Source of the DNA: an uncultured delta proteobacterium
Lineage (GTDB): Bacteria; Desulfobacterota; Desulfomonilia; Desulfomonilales; Desulfomonilaceae
Direction of reading: 5' to 3'
NCBI GenBank assembly: GCA_963789265.1
Contig: CAWBKB010000001.1
Location: forward strand, 896,001-960,000
Length of the DNA: 64,000 nt
The notes beneath the pieces were generated by a model. It did no database searches. It was not told where the DNA came from and worked only from the letters and a program-made list of their open reading frames with translations. Every line of letters starts with the position of its first letter. The first letter of the stretch is position 1. This document shows positions 10,733 through 21,731 of the stretch, piece after piece. A program made the translations under genes and the position numbers.

Positions 10733-12442
10733 ATGATAAGACGTGAGTATGGTTGGGGAATGGGGATTCTCTTAGCAGTGGCTTTAGTCAGTTGTTTTAG
10801 TTTGCCGCGATCTTGGGCAGCGGACCCAAAGGGGGAGGCGCTTCTTACCCAAGAAGTGGGTAAAATCGAGCGAACTCAAGGTGCAACCATGGTAAGGCGG
10901 GCCGGCGAAACCGAATTCGGCCTTCTCACCAGTGGGGACCCCGTATTCGTTCAGGACACTATTGGTACAGATCCAACTGACAAGAATGCCAAGATCTGGT
11001 GGCGACACCCTGCACCCGCGAAGATGGACGCTTCACTCGGTCCCGACTCGTTGCTCGGTTTTGTTGCCTACGGCGAGGAGGGGCCGGTTTCGTCTTTCGT
11101 CGGCGCTGTGTCGAAGGGGATGGTCCGGTTCATAAGGAAACTCCCGGCAACAGATCCTGCCTCCTCTTTCACGATCATGACCCCGACGGCTCTCGTTCAG
11201 GTTGTCCCCGCTGATCGAGCCGCTGACTACGTAGTGTCGGTGATAGACGACAATCACACCGCCGTCACCGTGATTTGGGGAGTAGTTGTGGTAAAAAACG
11301 TATCTGACCAGCTCACCCAGGAACGACAGTTAACTTCGTGCCAAATGGTTATCGTCGAAAAAGATAAAGACCCTTCCGAGGTCATGGGAGTTGGGTCTGA
11401 CACCTTAAGAGAATTAATTCAGCTTACGACGATCCCCCATACGTTGCCTACGGATGTCCCGTCTTGCGAACCGCCGGCCCAACCTGTGCCCCCGGAAGAG
11501 TACATCCCGCCTGAATTTCCCGAGGTGATTGAGGGCTATCCCGGAGAAGAATACGGGCCCCCAGGCTTTATTCCCGTCCCGGTTCCATTTCCTCCTCACA
11601 CTTGGGACACGACCGATACGACGGATACAACTATAACGGAGACTACCGGCACGCTCGACACCACTCCGACTATATTTACTCCGATAACTCTGATAACTCC
11701 GATAACTACTATTGACACCACCAACACTCTATTGACCCTTATCACGCCGCTCACATTCGACACGATAAATACGATGTACACCATCCCGACGCTGCTCACC
11801 CTTGATACGATAAACACTATTCCCACCGGCTTAACGTTCAACACTCTCTTCACCTTGCCGACTATCTATACGTTCGATACCGCCATCACGCAGATTCCCA
11901 CTGTCCTGACTCTTGACACTTTCATGACGCTCAATACTCTTGTCACGTTCGACACTTCCAACACGCAAATCCCCACACTGATCACGTTCAACACAATCTA
12001 TACGAGTATCCCAACATTCTTCACGCAAGGTCCGATCGACACGACCTATACAGGCCCGATCGGGCCAGTGACGCTAGACACCACGACAACTGTTCCCACA
12101 GTTTCTACGCTGACTACAATACCCACGGTTAGTACCGCCACGACATTATCTACTTCAATATCCACAGTCTATACAGGCTATCCCACTTTTTCCACCGGGG
12201 GAGGGACGAGTGGCACCGGCCAGCCGTTCATCCAGACCTTCCACACTTATTCAACAGGCGGAGGTGTCAGCACCATGCATACTTTCCAAACCTTTTCGAC
12301 TGGAAAAGGTGAGGGCAACACCGGCCGTCGTTACTATCGTCCCAAGTCTAAGGGAGAAAGCGGACAGAACTTGATGCAGGAATTTAACAAACAGAACCAG
12401 GAGCAACCGCAGATGCAGAAACATGAATTTCACCGACGGTAG
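10733..12442 (+). CDS. Secreted FecR-domain protein with Pro-rich linker and long Thr-x-x repeat tail
   Basis: Signal-peptide-like N-terminus; FecR-like core (GDPVFVQDTIGT...FTIMTPTA...TAVTVIWG); T-x-x periodic region ~11600-12300; RBS GGAGG. Confidence 0.75.
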   Translation: MIRREYGWGMGILLAVALVSCFSLPRSWAADPKGEALLTQEVGKIERTQGATMVRRAGETEFGLLTSGDPVFVQDTIGTDPTDKNAKIWWRHPAPAKMDASLGPDSLLGFVAYGEEGPVSSFVGAVSKGMVRFIRKLPATDPASSFTIMTPTALVQVVPADRAADYVVSVIDDNHTAVTVIWGVVVVKNVSDQLTQERQLTSCQMVIVEKDKDPSEVMGVGSDTLRELIQLTTIPHTLPTDVPSCEPPAQPVPPEEYIPPEFPEVIEGYPGEEYGPPGFIPVPVPFPPHTWDTTDTTDTTITETTGTLDTTPTIFTPITLITPITTIDTTNTLLTLITPLTFDTINTMYTIPTLLTLDTINTIPTGLTFNTLFTLPTIYTFDTAITQIPTVLTLDTFMTLNTLVTFDTSNTQIPTLITFNTIYTSIPTFFTQGPIDTTYTGPIGPVTLDTTTTVPTVSTLTTIPTVSTATTLSTSISTVYTGYPTFSTGGGTSGTGQPFIQTFHTYSTGGGVSTMHTFQTFSTGKGEGNTGRRYYRPKSKGESGQNLMQEFNKQNQEQPQMQKHEFHRR

Positions 12443-12577
12443 CGGGTCTGACGAACCGGGGAAACCACGAACGATAAAGAGGTCTGAGACCTCGTCAGAT
12501 TGGGGCAGTCACACCAACCCGGAAGGCGCAGATTTTCCGGAAGAATGACTGCCCTATCTTTTTCGGGTGACCTATCC

Positions 12578-13729
12578 TCAGTACCGCAATATGGCCGCGA
12601 CGCGCCTGTCATCAGGCACATTTTCCGGCTCTACGGCATAAACCGATCCGCCGTTGAGCAAGGTCCGGATGGCTGCGAAATCGAGAAGATCTTCGTCGCC
12701 GGGTTCGGCTGTATCATGCAAACGCACCGAGTCGGTATCGCCGTCGAAAGATCCCCATCGTTGCACGCCGAGCGCCACAAACAACACCTCCACTCGGCCG
12801 TGATAAGCGCCCCTAACGATATCTTCGAGGTCCTTGGATGTTCTGCCAGTTCCTGCCAACCTGTTGTACAAGCCGACCGCATCCTGTTGCGCCTTCTGGA
12901 AGTAGGGCTCAATGATGCTCCAGGCTTGCTCATGTAACTGCTGGGCAGTAAGGCCTTCAGGATTCCCGGGAATGCCTTGATCCAACAAATTCCCATAAGT
13001 GTTGGCTTCTTTGTAGATAGGGAATAGATAATCGACCGCGGCCAGCACCAAGGGGGCGTGCTCGTTCCCTATCAATTCGTGTAGACCTTTGTCTACTTGC
13101 CGAAGGAACTGAAGTATGTTCTCTTTGGGATCATCCGTCCCGCCACCGTGGCCATGAAAGGCAGGGGCTCCCTTTCCGGCCCCGCCTTGGGGGAAGGCCG
13201 GCCACTGGATCTGTTTTTCAGGAGTGTCCGGCCGCAAGGCTTCTTCTAAACTTCGAGGCACTCCATTTAGATCTACGTCATCGACGCTGTAACGGGTTCC
13301 TTGCAGAAGTCTCACCTGGTTTTGACTCAGGGCCAAAATGTAAAACCTCCCATCACCGCTAAGGAGAGGAAGCATCGGCTTCAAATGGAACCGATCTGAA
13401 ACAACCACTAACTCTTCGAATCGGATTGGAAGGTTATATTGTAAGTAGCCTCCAGAGGAAAAGAACACTGCCAGTCCATCGCTCTGATGTGACCAGAACA
13501 GATTGTCCTGAATCAGTGCTTGCGCCGGCTGGAGCAGGTCCTTTGCCTGAGGAGCGCGAAGTCCGTTCCGGATCAACTTCTCCTCGGCTACCTTGAGTAA
13601 GTTCTTGAAACGGATGCGATCCTGTTGGGTCTCCGGTCCGACCCTGTGAGAAGGCAGAAAAACCGACACGCAAGGACTTTCGCGTCTCTCCATCAACGTC
13701 CTTAATTCGCTCGTGCTCAAAAGGCTCAT
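12578..13729 (-). CDS. Bacterial archaeo-eukaryotic release factor-like protein (baeRF3/7 type)
   Basis: PCVSVFLPSHR...QDRIRFKNLL, DRFHLKPML, FHGHG, GRVEVLFV, C-terminal VAAILRY. Confidence 0.8.
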   Translation of the reverse strand: MSLLSTSELRTLMERRESPCVSVFLPSHRVGPETQQDRIRFKNLLKVAEEKLIRNGLRAPQAKDLLQPAQALIQDNLFWSHQSDGLAVFFSSGGYLQYNLPIRFEELVVVSDRFHLKPMLPLLSGDGRFYILALSQNQVRLLQGTRYSVDDVDLNGVPRSLEEALRPDTPEKQIQWPAFPQGGAGKGAPAFHGHGGGTDDPKENILQFLRQVDKGLHELIGNEHAPLVLAAVDYLFPIYKEANTYGNLLDQGIPGNPEGLTAQQLHEQAWSIIEPYFQKAQQDAVGLYNRLAGTGRTSKDLEDIVRGAYHGRVEVLFVALGVQRWGSFDGDTDSVRLHDTAEPGDEDLLDFAAIRTLLNGGSVYAVEPENVPDDRRVAAILRY

Positions 13730-13841
13730 GCTTCATGCCCCTTTCTTGGATGGAAGACCAGTCAATTCCAATTGCCCGAGTTGCGCCATCTGTGGCTCTC
13801 GTGTGGGCACCTGTGGGCTCCTAATGAAGGCACGTCCCAGA

Positions 13842-14114
13842 CTATGAGCCCGTACCTTCAATCGAGCCCTTGACCGTTTCCCCCGCGGCTTCTCCCTCAG
13901 GACACGAGGAGCACAATTCACCTTCGGGGCCCGGTCGCACCAGACCCCGCCGCACCGCCTCGCGGTTCGCTATCAAAACGCTCATTTCCTCGTCATATTT
14001 TGCTTTCTGTTCCGGACCGGCCTCTTCCATGGCAGCTTCAAATTGAGCTATTTGAGCGTCACACTGCTCTACCACGGATTCCACTCTACGTTCGTATTCT
14101 CCTTCGTTTTCCAA
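13842..14114 (-). CDS. Small acidic coiled-coil hypothetical protein
   Basis: TTG start after AAAGGGGG; YERRVESVVEQCDAQIAQFEA; sigma70-like promoter upstream. Confidence 0.5.
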   Translation of the reverse strand: MENEGEYERRVESVVEQCDAQIAQFEAAMEEAGPEQKAKYDEEMSVLIANREAVRRGLVRPGPEGELCSSCPEGEAAGETVKGSIEGTGS

Positions 14115-14232
14115 TTTAAGTTCCCCCTTTGCAGTTTCACAAATCGAGCGATTTCGATGTGTAACAATTCCCGCGTCATCTTTGACGCCACCTCTAGTCT
14201 CAATGCCAATGGACAACACCACTACTTCTTAT

Positions 14233-14261
14233 AATTTAGCCTTGGACAAGGTTCATGTCAA
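14233..14261 (-). promoter_or_regulatory. Sigma70-like promoter
   Basis: TTGACA-17 nt-TAAATT on the minus strand. Confidence 0.5.
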
Positions 14262-14400
14262 AAACATGTAACAATTAACCGCGGAGAACGCAGAAACCGC
14301 AAAGAATTCGGTATTCTTCGGCACGTCTGTGCGATGCAGCATGACGAGTCGCGGTCTCTGGCGCTAAGTCTGTCCGCCGCCATTTAGAGAGGCGGGCTGA

Positions 14401-14638
14401 TACCGATTCGCTTTCAAACAAGTGACACAGTGTTTTTAGTGGGGCAGGCATCTTGCCTGTCGCCATGCCCTCGTACGCGGGCATCAATGGTAGGGGCAGA
14501 CCTATGTGTCTGCCCTGAGCGGACACGCGGGTCCGCCCCTACATGCCCGGATCGAAGTCCGGGGTGACGCATGGCAGGCAGGACGCCTGCCCCACCATGT
14601 CCTCGCGGGGATTGTCACTTGTTTGATGGCGCACTGGG
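14401..14638. mobile_element. MITE-like element carrying REP-like hairpins
   Basis: Imperfect terminal inverted repeats (TCAAACAAGTGAC / GTCACTTGTTTGA). Internal GTAGGGGCAGACC...GTCCGCCCCTAC unit recurs inverted at ~54880-54960. Confidence 0.55.
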
Positions 14639-14806
14639 CTGAGAAGGCTTTACCTTGTCAATCGAGGTACTGCCTGGATTAGTCGGTTAATCGTCGTTCA
14701 CTAGAAACGCAGCATTCTTGATAGAGTTTAAGTGACCCCTGTCTAAACAGGGGTCGAGCAACATTCTGTCACGCCGGCCTCGACATGGCCAAGCTTCTCC
14801 TCTGAC

Positions 14807-15793
14807 TTATTGGCCTTCAAACAGACGGCGGGGATTGTCTTCAATGATGGTTTTGATCTGATCGTCGCTTGCCCCTCCTTTTTTCAGGGCAGGGATGATG
14901 TTATTGAACAAGTGAGTGGGGTGCCAATTGGCGACAAATTGTAACGCAGGCTCCGGCAACTGAGGCGGCCGGCCCAACCACGTGCAAATCGTGTCATGAG
15001 AAATCAGGAGCCGGTCGGTATAACCCTTGGCAATCAGGTCGAGCATAACGGCATACCGATCTGCATCTCTGGGGCAGCCCACGAGGACCTCCAGGCCCAT
15101 GCGGTCCCAGGAAACGTACACTCCCTGATCGAGCGCCCTGACTTGATATGCGACATCAAGGTTGTCGCTCATGTGACCAACCTGGATGCGTTTGGGGTTC
15201 GCTCCGGCCGCGATGAGAAACTCTGCCTGCTCCGGCCCCATAGTTCCTTCCTGGGTATGGGTGATGATAGGAACGTTTGTTTCTTTCTGGACCCGAGCAG
15301 CCGCGCCCAGCATTAGCTTCTCATAATCGGTGATGCATCCCTTGCTGGTGCCCACTTTGATGACGCCGGCTTTGATCCCGGACCCCCGAATGCCCACCGT
15401 TACCTCCTTCATGAAAAGTTCGTAAATCTCATCTCTCACATCTCCCAACATGGAGCGGAATTTCCAGTACGCAGCAGCTCCTTCCCCTTCGAAGTAATAC
15501 CCGGTGGAACAGACGATGTTCACTTCGGATTTTTCCGAGATTTCTTTCAGCACGTCAACGTTTCTGCCGCAGTCGGCGGGGGTCGCGTCAACGTAAGTCC
15601 CCAGACCAAGACCCTTGAGTTGTTGGAGAAGCGCGACACCTGTCTCGACTATGGCCAGATGATTAAAGGGAGCCATAGTCTGGTCACCTTCCCAGCCCGG
15701 GTACCCAAACACCATGTGTTCGTGAACCAAGGTCACACCCAACTCCTCGGGAGAGATCCGCCCCAGGACGGTATTGATTTTGGCTGCTCCCAT
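14807..15793 (-). CDS. Phosphotriesterase-family (amidohydrolase superfamily) protein
   Basis: LGVTLVHEH, VCSTGYY, GVIKVG, ITHT, GHM, LISHD metal-ligand motifs. Confidence 0.9.
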   Translation of the reverse strand: MGAAKINTVLGRISPEELGVTLVHEHMVFGYPGWEGDQTMAPFNHLAIVETGVALLQQLKGLGLGTYVDATPADCGRNVDVLKEISEKSEVNIVCSTGYYFEGEGAAAYWKFRSMLGDVRDEIYELFMKEVTVGIRGSGIKAGVIKVGTSKGCITDYEKLMLGAAARVQKETNVPIITHTQEGTMGPEQAEFLIAAGANPKRIQVGHMSDNLDVAYQVRALDQGVYVSWDRMGLEVLVGCPRDADRYAVMLDLIAKGYTDRLLISHDTICTWLGRPPQLPEPALQFVANWHPTHLFNNIIPALKKGGASDDQIKTIIEDNPRRLFEGQ

Positions 15794-16107
15794 CGGTCTT
15801 CCTCCTTTACTTCAGTTTTCTGATACTTTGCCCGTTCCTGTTCCTGCAGTCGGCGCCACGGTATCATACCAGTTCCGATCTTGGGCAGCCACTCAACGAA
15901 CTCGATCAGGGGGGTACTTTTACGCCGACATCTGCTCCTTCGACCATTTGACGATCCGCTCGGCTGTGACCTTGATCATTCGCCGGGCCACAAGTATACG
16001 ATTATGTGTGGGCCGATGCTTCTATTGCATGCTACAATCGCGCCTGGTATAATTGTTTAAAGGTTTAATGGATACAAAAAATACTGCAAAGGAGGAGGAG
16101 CACTAAA

Positions 16108-16503
16108 ATGAGCAAAGTCGGAGAATTGTACCAGAGTGCTGATTGGAAAACCGAGAAACATGTCCCGGTAATCGAATGCCCGGACGCAGTAGCTGCCGAT
16201 GAAATGTTTGAAGTGGCAGTAGCATTGGGAAAGGAAGTGTCACACCCTAACACTACAGAACATCATATCAGGTGGATTCAGCTTACTTTTAAGGCTGAAG
16301 GGGAAAAGTTTTCCTACCAAATAGGGAATTTCGAGTTTACCGCCCACGGAGAGTCGGCTGATGGGCCCAACACGGGTGCGGTCTATACCGATCATTCGGT
16401 GAAGGCGAGATTCAAGACAAAGAAACCCGGGGAATTGTTCGCCACTTCATTCTGTAACATTCATGGGTTGTGGGAGAGTTCCAAAGCCATCAAGATCAAG
16501 TAG
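16108..16503 (+). CDS. sor: Class II superoxide reductase (neelaredoxin)
   Basis: EKHVP, HPNTTEHHIRW, FCNIHGLW. Confidence 0.9.
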   Translation: MSKVGELYQSADWKTEKHVPVIECPDAVAADEMFEVAVALGKEVSHPNTTEHHIRWIQLTFKAEGEKFSYQIGNFEFTAHGESADGPNTGAVYTDHSVKARFKTKKPGELFATSFCNIHGLWESSKAIKIK

Positions 16504-16753
16504 CCCGGCTCGCATGATGCCCACGTTCTTCACTCTGGAAGCCCACCGAAACTGAACTCAAGAACACGTCCTCTAAATCCCCTCTAACCCTCCCTTTAAC
16601 AAAGGGGGGGAAGGGGGGGATTTGGGGATAACTAATTGAAAATCCCCCTAAATCCCCCTTTACAAAAGAGGGACTTTGAAAGCCCGTCAGTCGTCTGAAT
16701 TGCTCAAGACCAAGCAGCGAACTCTAGTTTAACGCCTATGGGGGGAAGGGGGG

Positions 16754-17105
16754 CATAGTCGTTAAAATAGGCTCCAGGTCCTCTTCGTCCCGAAGGGACG
16801 GCACCATAATAGCCCGGTGATTTATCGCCGGGAATGAACGGTCGAGAGATCCTTCTTCGTCCCTGAAGGGCGCTCGAAGGTTTTCATCCTTCGAGCGCCC
16901 TTCAGGGACGAAGAACTGAATCATTGCTCATGGGTCACCCGGCAATGAATTGCCGGGCTACTTTCTATCGCCCCTATGGGGTTCAAATGCAAGGGTCCCG
17001 GAGGGACGGCAGATAGTAGCCCGGTCCCGCGCAGAACGCGGGATTGCCGGGAAAAGGAGCATCGTGCTACGAATTTCGCTCATGGTTTGATTTTTAGACA
17101 GTTTC
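16754..17105. mobile_element. ~350-bp MITE/REP composite, copy 2 (inverted relative to 1559-1909)
   Basis: Reverse-complement match to copy 1; ends CATAGTCGTTAA and TTTTTAGACAGTTTC. Confidence 0.75.
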
Positions 17106-17159
17106 GGGACGCCGGCGCTACCGTCCAATTGGCACCGTATTTATTAAAAGCTGCACTTA

Positions 17160-17279
<120 letters not shown>

Positions 17280-17501
17280 TTAGCCCAGGTATTCGGGCAC
17301 CTTTTCCTACGTTTTATGTTTAACAAGCTAGTATAATATAGCGTAAACACGATTTGTTTTGACATATAGGTCCTGTCCGTGCTAATGTTGCGCATGCATT
17401 TGTGTGGATGCACTCCGCTGGAATTTTTCTGCAAGCGGCGCAGAGTCGAAAGGCTCCGAAGCCTCGGACGGTCAGTGCTGGCGGCACTGGAGAGAGTTGA
17501 T

Positions 17502-18426
17502 ATGAAATTTTCATTCGCAAGATATAGTGTCCCGATAATAGCGTGTTGGTTCCTCATAAACGCTGGCGGGCCGACCTGGGGGGCCGAGGCGGCCAACATC
17601 ACTTCCGTGCAAGTAGCGCCCGATCTCAAGCAGATAACGATCAGGTGCGACGGTCCCATCGGTAGACACTCAGCCTTTGTCATCCGACAGCCTTTCAGGC
17701 TCGTGGTTGATCTGGAATCCACAGGTTTAGGCAATATTCCTCGCAGGATCAGTGTGGCACGGAATCCTGTGAGTGAAATACGTATCGGATATGCCAATTC
17801 GCGTGCGCGAGTAGTTGTGGATTTCGGCGGGCATCCCGTTCCGTCGTTCAAGATTTACAAACAAAACAATAGTCTGGTAGTGAATCTCGGGATCGGGGCA
17901 GCTATGTCGCAGGCGAGCCCGGCACGTAAGCCTGCCGTAGATTTGCGGAAGGCTCCGCCCCAACCCAAAGTTACGGCGGCCGGTCCAGCCGCTCGAAAGG
18001 CTGACAGTTCAGCGGTTTCCGGTGAAAAGCGCGCGCGTCACAGACGATCTGGTTTTCGTGGAGTTGGCTGACAAAAACGACCCGAAGCGCACCTATAGAC
18101 TGGCAATAGATTTGGATGTGAACAAGTTGCAGGTTCGGAAGGCTACGATCAGTGATTCTCGGGGCCACTCGAGACGGTTCGACCTTGCCCCGGACAATTC
18201 AGGTGCTGAGATTTCCATGCAGCCGATGAGGACCGGCGGGGGACCACGCAGGACGGCGGGTCCTACTGCCGCGCCATCGAGAAATCACCCCAAATTCAGA
18301 TGGGGCATTCAGTCCGGAGCAGACGCAAGGGCGGCAGAAGCGAACTATCATGCCAACGGGCCCTTACGCGTCGAGACTTTTCGGCCCCGGCCGATCCACT
18401 CGGCAAAGATCGACGAGGAGGGGTAA
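17502..18426 (+). CDS. AMIN-domain exported protein with a +1 frameshift near 18020
   Basis: Signal peptide and AMIN motifs (PFRLVVDL, IRIG, RVVVDF). ORF 18022-18426 continues it (SAVS / VKSARV). Confidence 0.7.
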
Positions 18427-18582
18427 ATTCGATTGCTTGCACCGGGGAAGTCCTGCTATTATCACGAGTGACGCAGTCGGGGGAACTGCGGATGTCATCC
18501 ACACGGCTTCCAGCCGATACGTTTCAAATGCTCAAACCCAATGCCAACGAAGCTCGACGAGCCCTATGAGGAGGTCGGAACT

Positions 18583-20250
18583 ATGGAGAAACAGGTACGA
18601 AAGATCGCCAAGACCGCGTCTGCTTATCCCTATCCCCTGCTAATCAAACAGTTGCTTCACACGCCGATTCTGTACGCTCCCGATCAAGAGATTGTCTATC
18701 GTGACACGCTGCGTTTCTCATACCGAGACCTGTACAGCAGGATAAATCGGCTCGCTTCCGGGCTTGCCGCTCTGGGGGTCGGCCCCGGAGACACAGTTGC
18801 GGTCCTGGATTGGGATTCTCACCGTTACCTCGAGTGTTTCTTTGCCATACCTATGATGGGGGCTATTATCCACACTGTTAACATTCGCTTGTCTCCGGAG
18901 CAGATGCTCTACACGATGAATCACGCCGAAGATGATGTGGTCCTGGTCCACGAGGATTTCCTGCCCATACTGGAGAGCATTTCAAACCAACTTGCCACTG
19001 TTAAGAAATACATAATCTTCAAGGAGGGGGATGAGAAGCCGGCAACTTCGCTGCCCATAGCTGCGGAATATGAAGAACTGTTGGCACAGTCTTCCGATTC
19101 GTTCGACTTTCCCGAATTCGACGAGGATACGCAGGCTTCAACTTTTTACACAACCGGGACGACCGGTGATCCCAAAGGCGTCTACTACAGTCATCGTCAA
19201 CTGGTGCTGCACACCTTGGGCGCCGCGGTTGCTGCAGCCGGCTACACGGCCCCGGGAAGATTTCAGTCTGGTGACGTGTACATGCCTATCACGCCGATGT
19301 TTCACGTTCACGCCTGGGGGTTCCCTTTTGTTGCAACCATGCTGGGCGCAAAACACGTGTATCCGGGCAGGTACGAACCGGCCATGCTCCTTAAACTCCT
19401 TAAAGACGAGAAAGTCACCTTCTCGCACTGCGTCCCCACCATCCTCCACATGATCCTCTCGAGCCCCGCGGCCAAGGATGTGGACCTAAGGGGCTGGAAG
19501 GTGGTAATAGGCGGAGCCGCTTTCCCAAGAGGGCTGGCAAACGCCGCGATGGAGCGAGGAATCGAGGTCTACGCAGGGTATGGTATGTCAGAGACGTGCC
19601 CGGTCCTGACCATCGCCAACCTCAAGCCTCACATGATGGCATGGGACGCCGAACGGCAAGTTGACATACGAACCAAGACCGGAATGCCGATTCCTCTGGT
19701 CAATCTGGATATCGTTGACGTGGCCACGGGCAAGTCTGTGCCTAGAGACGGGAAGACCACCGGCGAGATTGTAGTGCGCACCCCCTGGCTCACGCAGGGA
19801 TACTTCAAGGACCCCCAAAAATCGGAGGAACTCTGGCAAGGGGGATGGCTCCATACCGGTGATGTCGCCAACATGGAAGAGACCGGGTACGTCCAGATTA
19901 CCGACCGCCTCAAGGATGTTATCAAGACTGGAGGCGAATGGATTTCGTCCTTGCTTCTGGAGAGTTTGATCAGTCAGCATCAGGCGGTTTCCGAAGTTGC
20001 CGTCATAGGCGTGCCGGACGACAAATGGGGAGAACGGCCTATGGCAATGGTGGTGCCGAAGCCGGAGTTCATGAGTGCCATATCCGCGGACGAACTCCGG
20101 GAATTTATGCACAAGTTTGTAGCGGAAGGCCAGATCTCAAAATGGGGAGTTCCCGACGCGTTTGTCATGGTGGATCAGATTCCTAAGACCAGCGTGGGCA
20201 AGATCGATAAGAAAGTAATAAAGAGGGGCGTAGCCGAGGGCTTATACTAA
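18583..20250 (+). CDS. Medium/long-chain fatty acid-CoA ligase
   Basis: [49 protein letters not shown] before ATG 18583. Confidence 0.92.
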   Translation: MEKQVRKIAKTASAYPYPLLIKQLLHTPILYAPDQEIVYRDTLRFSYRDLYSRINRLASGLAALGVGPGDTVAVLDWDSHRYLECFFAIPMMGAIIHTVNIRLSPEQMLYTMNHAEDDVVLVHEDFLPILESISNQLATVKKYIIFKEGDEKPATSLPIAAEYEELLAQSSDSFDFPEFDEDTQASTFYTTGTTGDPKGVYYSHRQLVLHTLGAAVAAAGYTAPGRFQSGDVYMPITPMFHVHAWGFPFVATMLGAKHVYPGRYEPAMLLKLLKDEKVTFSHCVPTILHMILSSPAAKDVDLRGWKVVIGGAAFPRGLANAAMERGIEVYAGYGMSETCPVLTIANLKPHMMAWDAERQVDIRTKTGMPIPLVNLDIVDVATGKSVPRDGKTTGEIVVRTPWLTQGYFKDPQKSEELWQGGWLHTGDVANMEETGYVQITDRLKDVIKTGGEWISSLLLESLISQHQAVSEVAVIGVPDDKWGERPMAMVVPKPEFMSAISADELREFMHKFVAEGQISKWGVPDAFVMVDQIPKTSVGKIDKKVIKRGVAEGLY

Positions 20251-20380
20251 AGCAATTGCCTAATATGATGTCCTCTCATGCATCCGATGCATAGGTTTTG
20301 AAGAGGTTGCCGTAGGGAGCGGGTTTCAAACCCGCCCTTGCGCTCCTACCGTACAACTACAGACAAGGTGAAGGGAGAGT

Positions 20381-21358
20381 ATGATAGCCAAGAACAGTGG
20401 CAAACTGACACTTGTCACGGGCGGAGCCGGTTTTATCGGGAGCCACATAGTCGCGGGCCTGCTTGATCGAGGCGATGCGGTCCGCGTCTTCGACAACTTG
20501 AGTACGGGTAAGAGAGAAAATCTCGAAAACCTGTGCAATGGGCGTTGGAAAGTCCATCGAGACTTTGAATTCATAGAAGGGGACATTCGGGACACCGCAG
20601 CATTGGACAAAAGCGTAGCAGGGGTCGATGCAATTCTCCATCAGGCCGCCTTGGGAAGTGTTCCTCGGTCCGTGAAAGATCCGGCCACGACGCAGTGCGT
20701 CAATGCGGATGGAACCCTTAACGTCTTCTGGGCTTCCTGCAAAAATCAAGTTTCCCGTGTGGTATATGCCTCTTCTTCGGCCGTGTATGGCGACAGCCAA
20801 ATTCTGCCTAAACGCGAAGGGACGGAAGGTTTTCCGCTATCCCCTTATGCGCTGACAAAAAGGAACAACGAAGAATACGGGCGCCTTTTCAAGGACCTCT
20901 ACGATTTCGAAACCATAGGACTCCGTTATTTCAACGTGTACGGTCCCAGGCAAGATCCGCAGTCGCAATACGCGGCGGTAATTCCACGCTTCATAAGCGC
21001 TCTGCTTTCCGGGAATCAGCCGGTTATCTACGGCAGCGGCCGTCAAAGCCGTGACTTTACCTATGTGAAAGACGTGGTAAAGGCGAATCTTCTCGCACTG
21101 GAGGCTCCTCCGGCCGTGTGTGGCGAGGCTTACAATATAGGTCGCGGGGACCGGGCAGACCTGCTCACCCTGCTCGATACCCTGCAAAGTCTTTTGGGTA
21201 CCAGTATTGAAGCTAAATTTGATCCGCCTCGGCCGGGCGATGTCATGCATTCTTCCGCGGACACTTCCCGGGCTAGTGAGAAGTTGGGCTTTAATGCTGC
21301 CTACGATTTGCGCAGCGGTTTGGAGCAGAGTATCGAGTGGTACAAGAACAACCTTTGA
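20381..21358 (+). CDS. NAD-dependent UDP-sugar 4-epimerase (WbpP/TviC-like extended SDR)
   Basis: TGGAGFIG, HQAALGSVPRS, YALTK, LRYFNVYGPRQ. Confidence 0.9.
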   Translation: MIAKNSGKLTLVTGGAGFIGSHIVAGLLDRGDAVRVFDNLSTGKRENLENLCNGRWKVHRDFEFIEGDIRDTAALDKSVAGVDAILHQAALGSVPRSVKDPATTQCVNADGTLNVFWASCKNQVSRVVYASSSAVYGDSQILPKREGTEGFPLSPYALTKRNNEEYGRLFKDLYDFETIGLRYFNVYGPRQDPQSQYAAVIPRFISALLSGNQPVIYGSGRQSRDFTYVKDVVKANLLALEAPPAVCGEAYNIGRGDRADLLTLLDTLQSLLGTSIEAKFDPPRPGDVMHSSADTSRASEKLGFNAAYDLRSGLEQSIEWYKNNL

Positions 21359-21383
21359 TACTGATTCATGTCAGTTGGCGGTA

Positions 21384-21618
21384 TAGTCGTTGCCAAAAGT
21401 TTTGTCCGTTTTGCCCTGCGTTTCGCCAGGTCGCCCTGGGCTTCTATCCCGCGGTAGCGCCGGTGTCCCTGCCGGTGACTAATAAATAACCGGCATCCCG
21501 CGTCTCGTGGGACCGGTCCTACGGCGCGCTGTGGGAATGACAGCAAAGGGCTCCTCGCCAACTCTTCAAAATTCTATTCATCATATGGACAAAAGGACAT
21601 CATTTTGGGCAACCGCTA
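21384..21618. mobile_element. MITE with TA flanks
   Basis: Imperfect TIRs TAGTCGTTGCCAAAAGTTTTGTCC / GGACATCATTTTGGGCAACCGCTA with TA on both sides; related ends at ~32337 and ~41995. Confidence 0.55.
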
Positions 21619-21649
21619 TAGAGCCGGAGAGGCACGCTGGATGGACTGC

Positions 21650-21725
21650 AAGAAAAGAAAACCCGGAGCGGGGTCAGGAAGGAGCGCCGGGTTTTCGACC
21701 AAGCCCAGCCTCACGGCTGGTAGGT
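21650..21725 (-). ncRNA. Candidate small RNA (~75 nt)
   Basis: Own promoter; hairpin CCAGCC-GTGA-GGCTGG; terminator-like stem GAAAACCCGG...CCGGGTTTTC followed by TTTTCTT; loop contains CTCCTTCCT. Confidence 0.5.
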
Positions 21726-21731
21726 TTTGTT

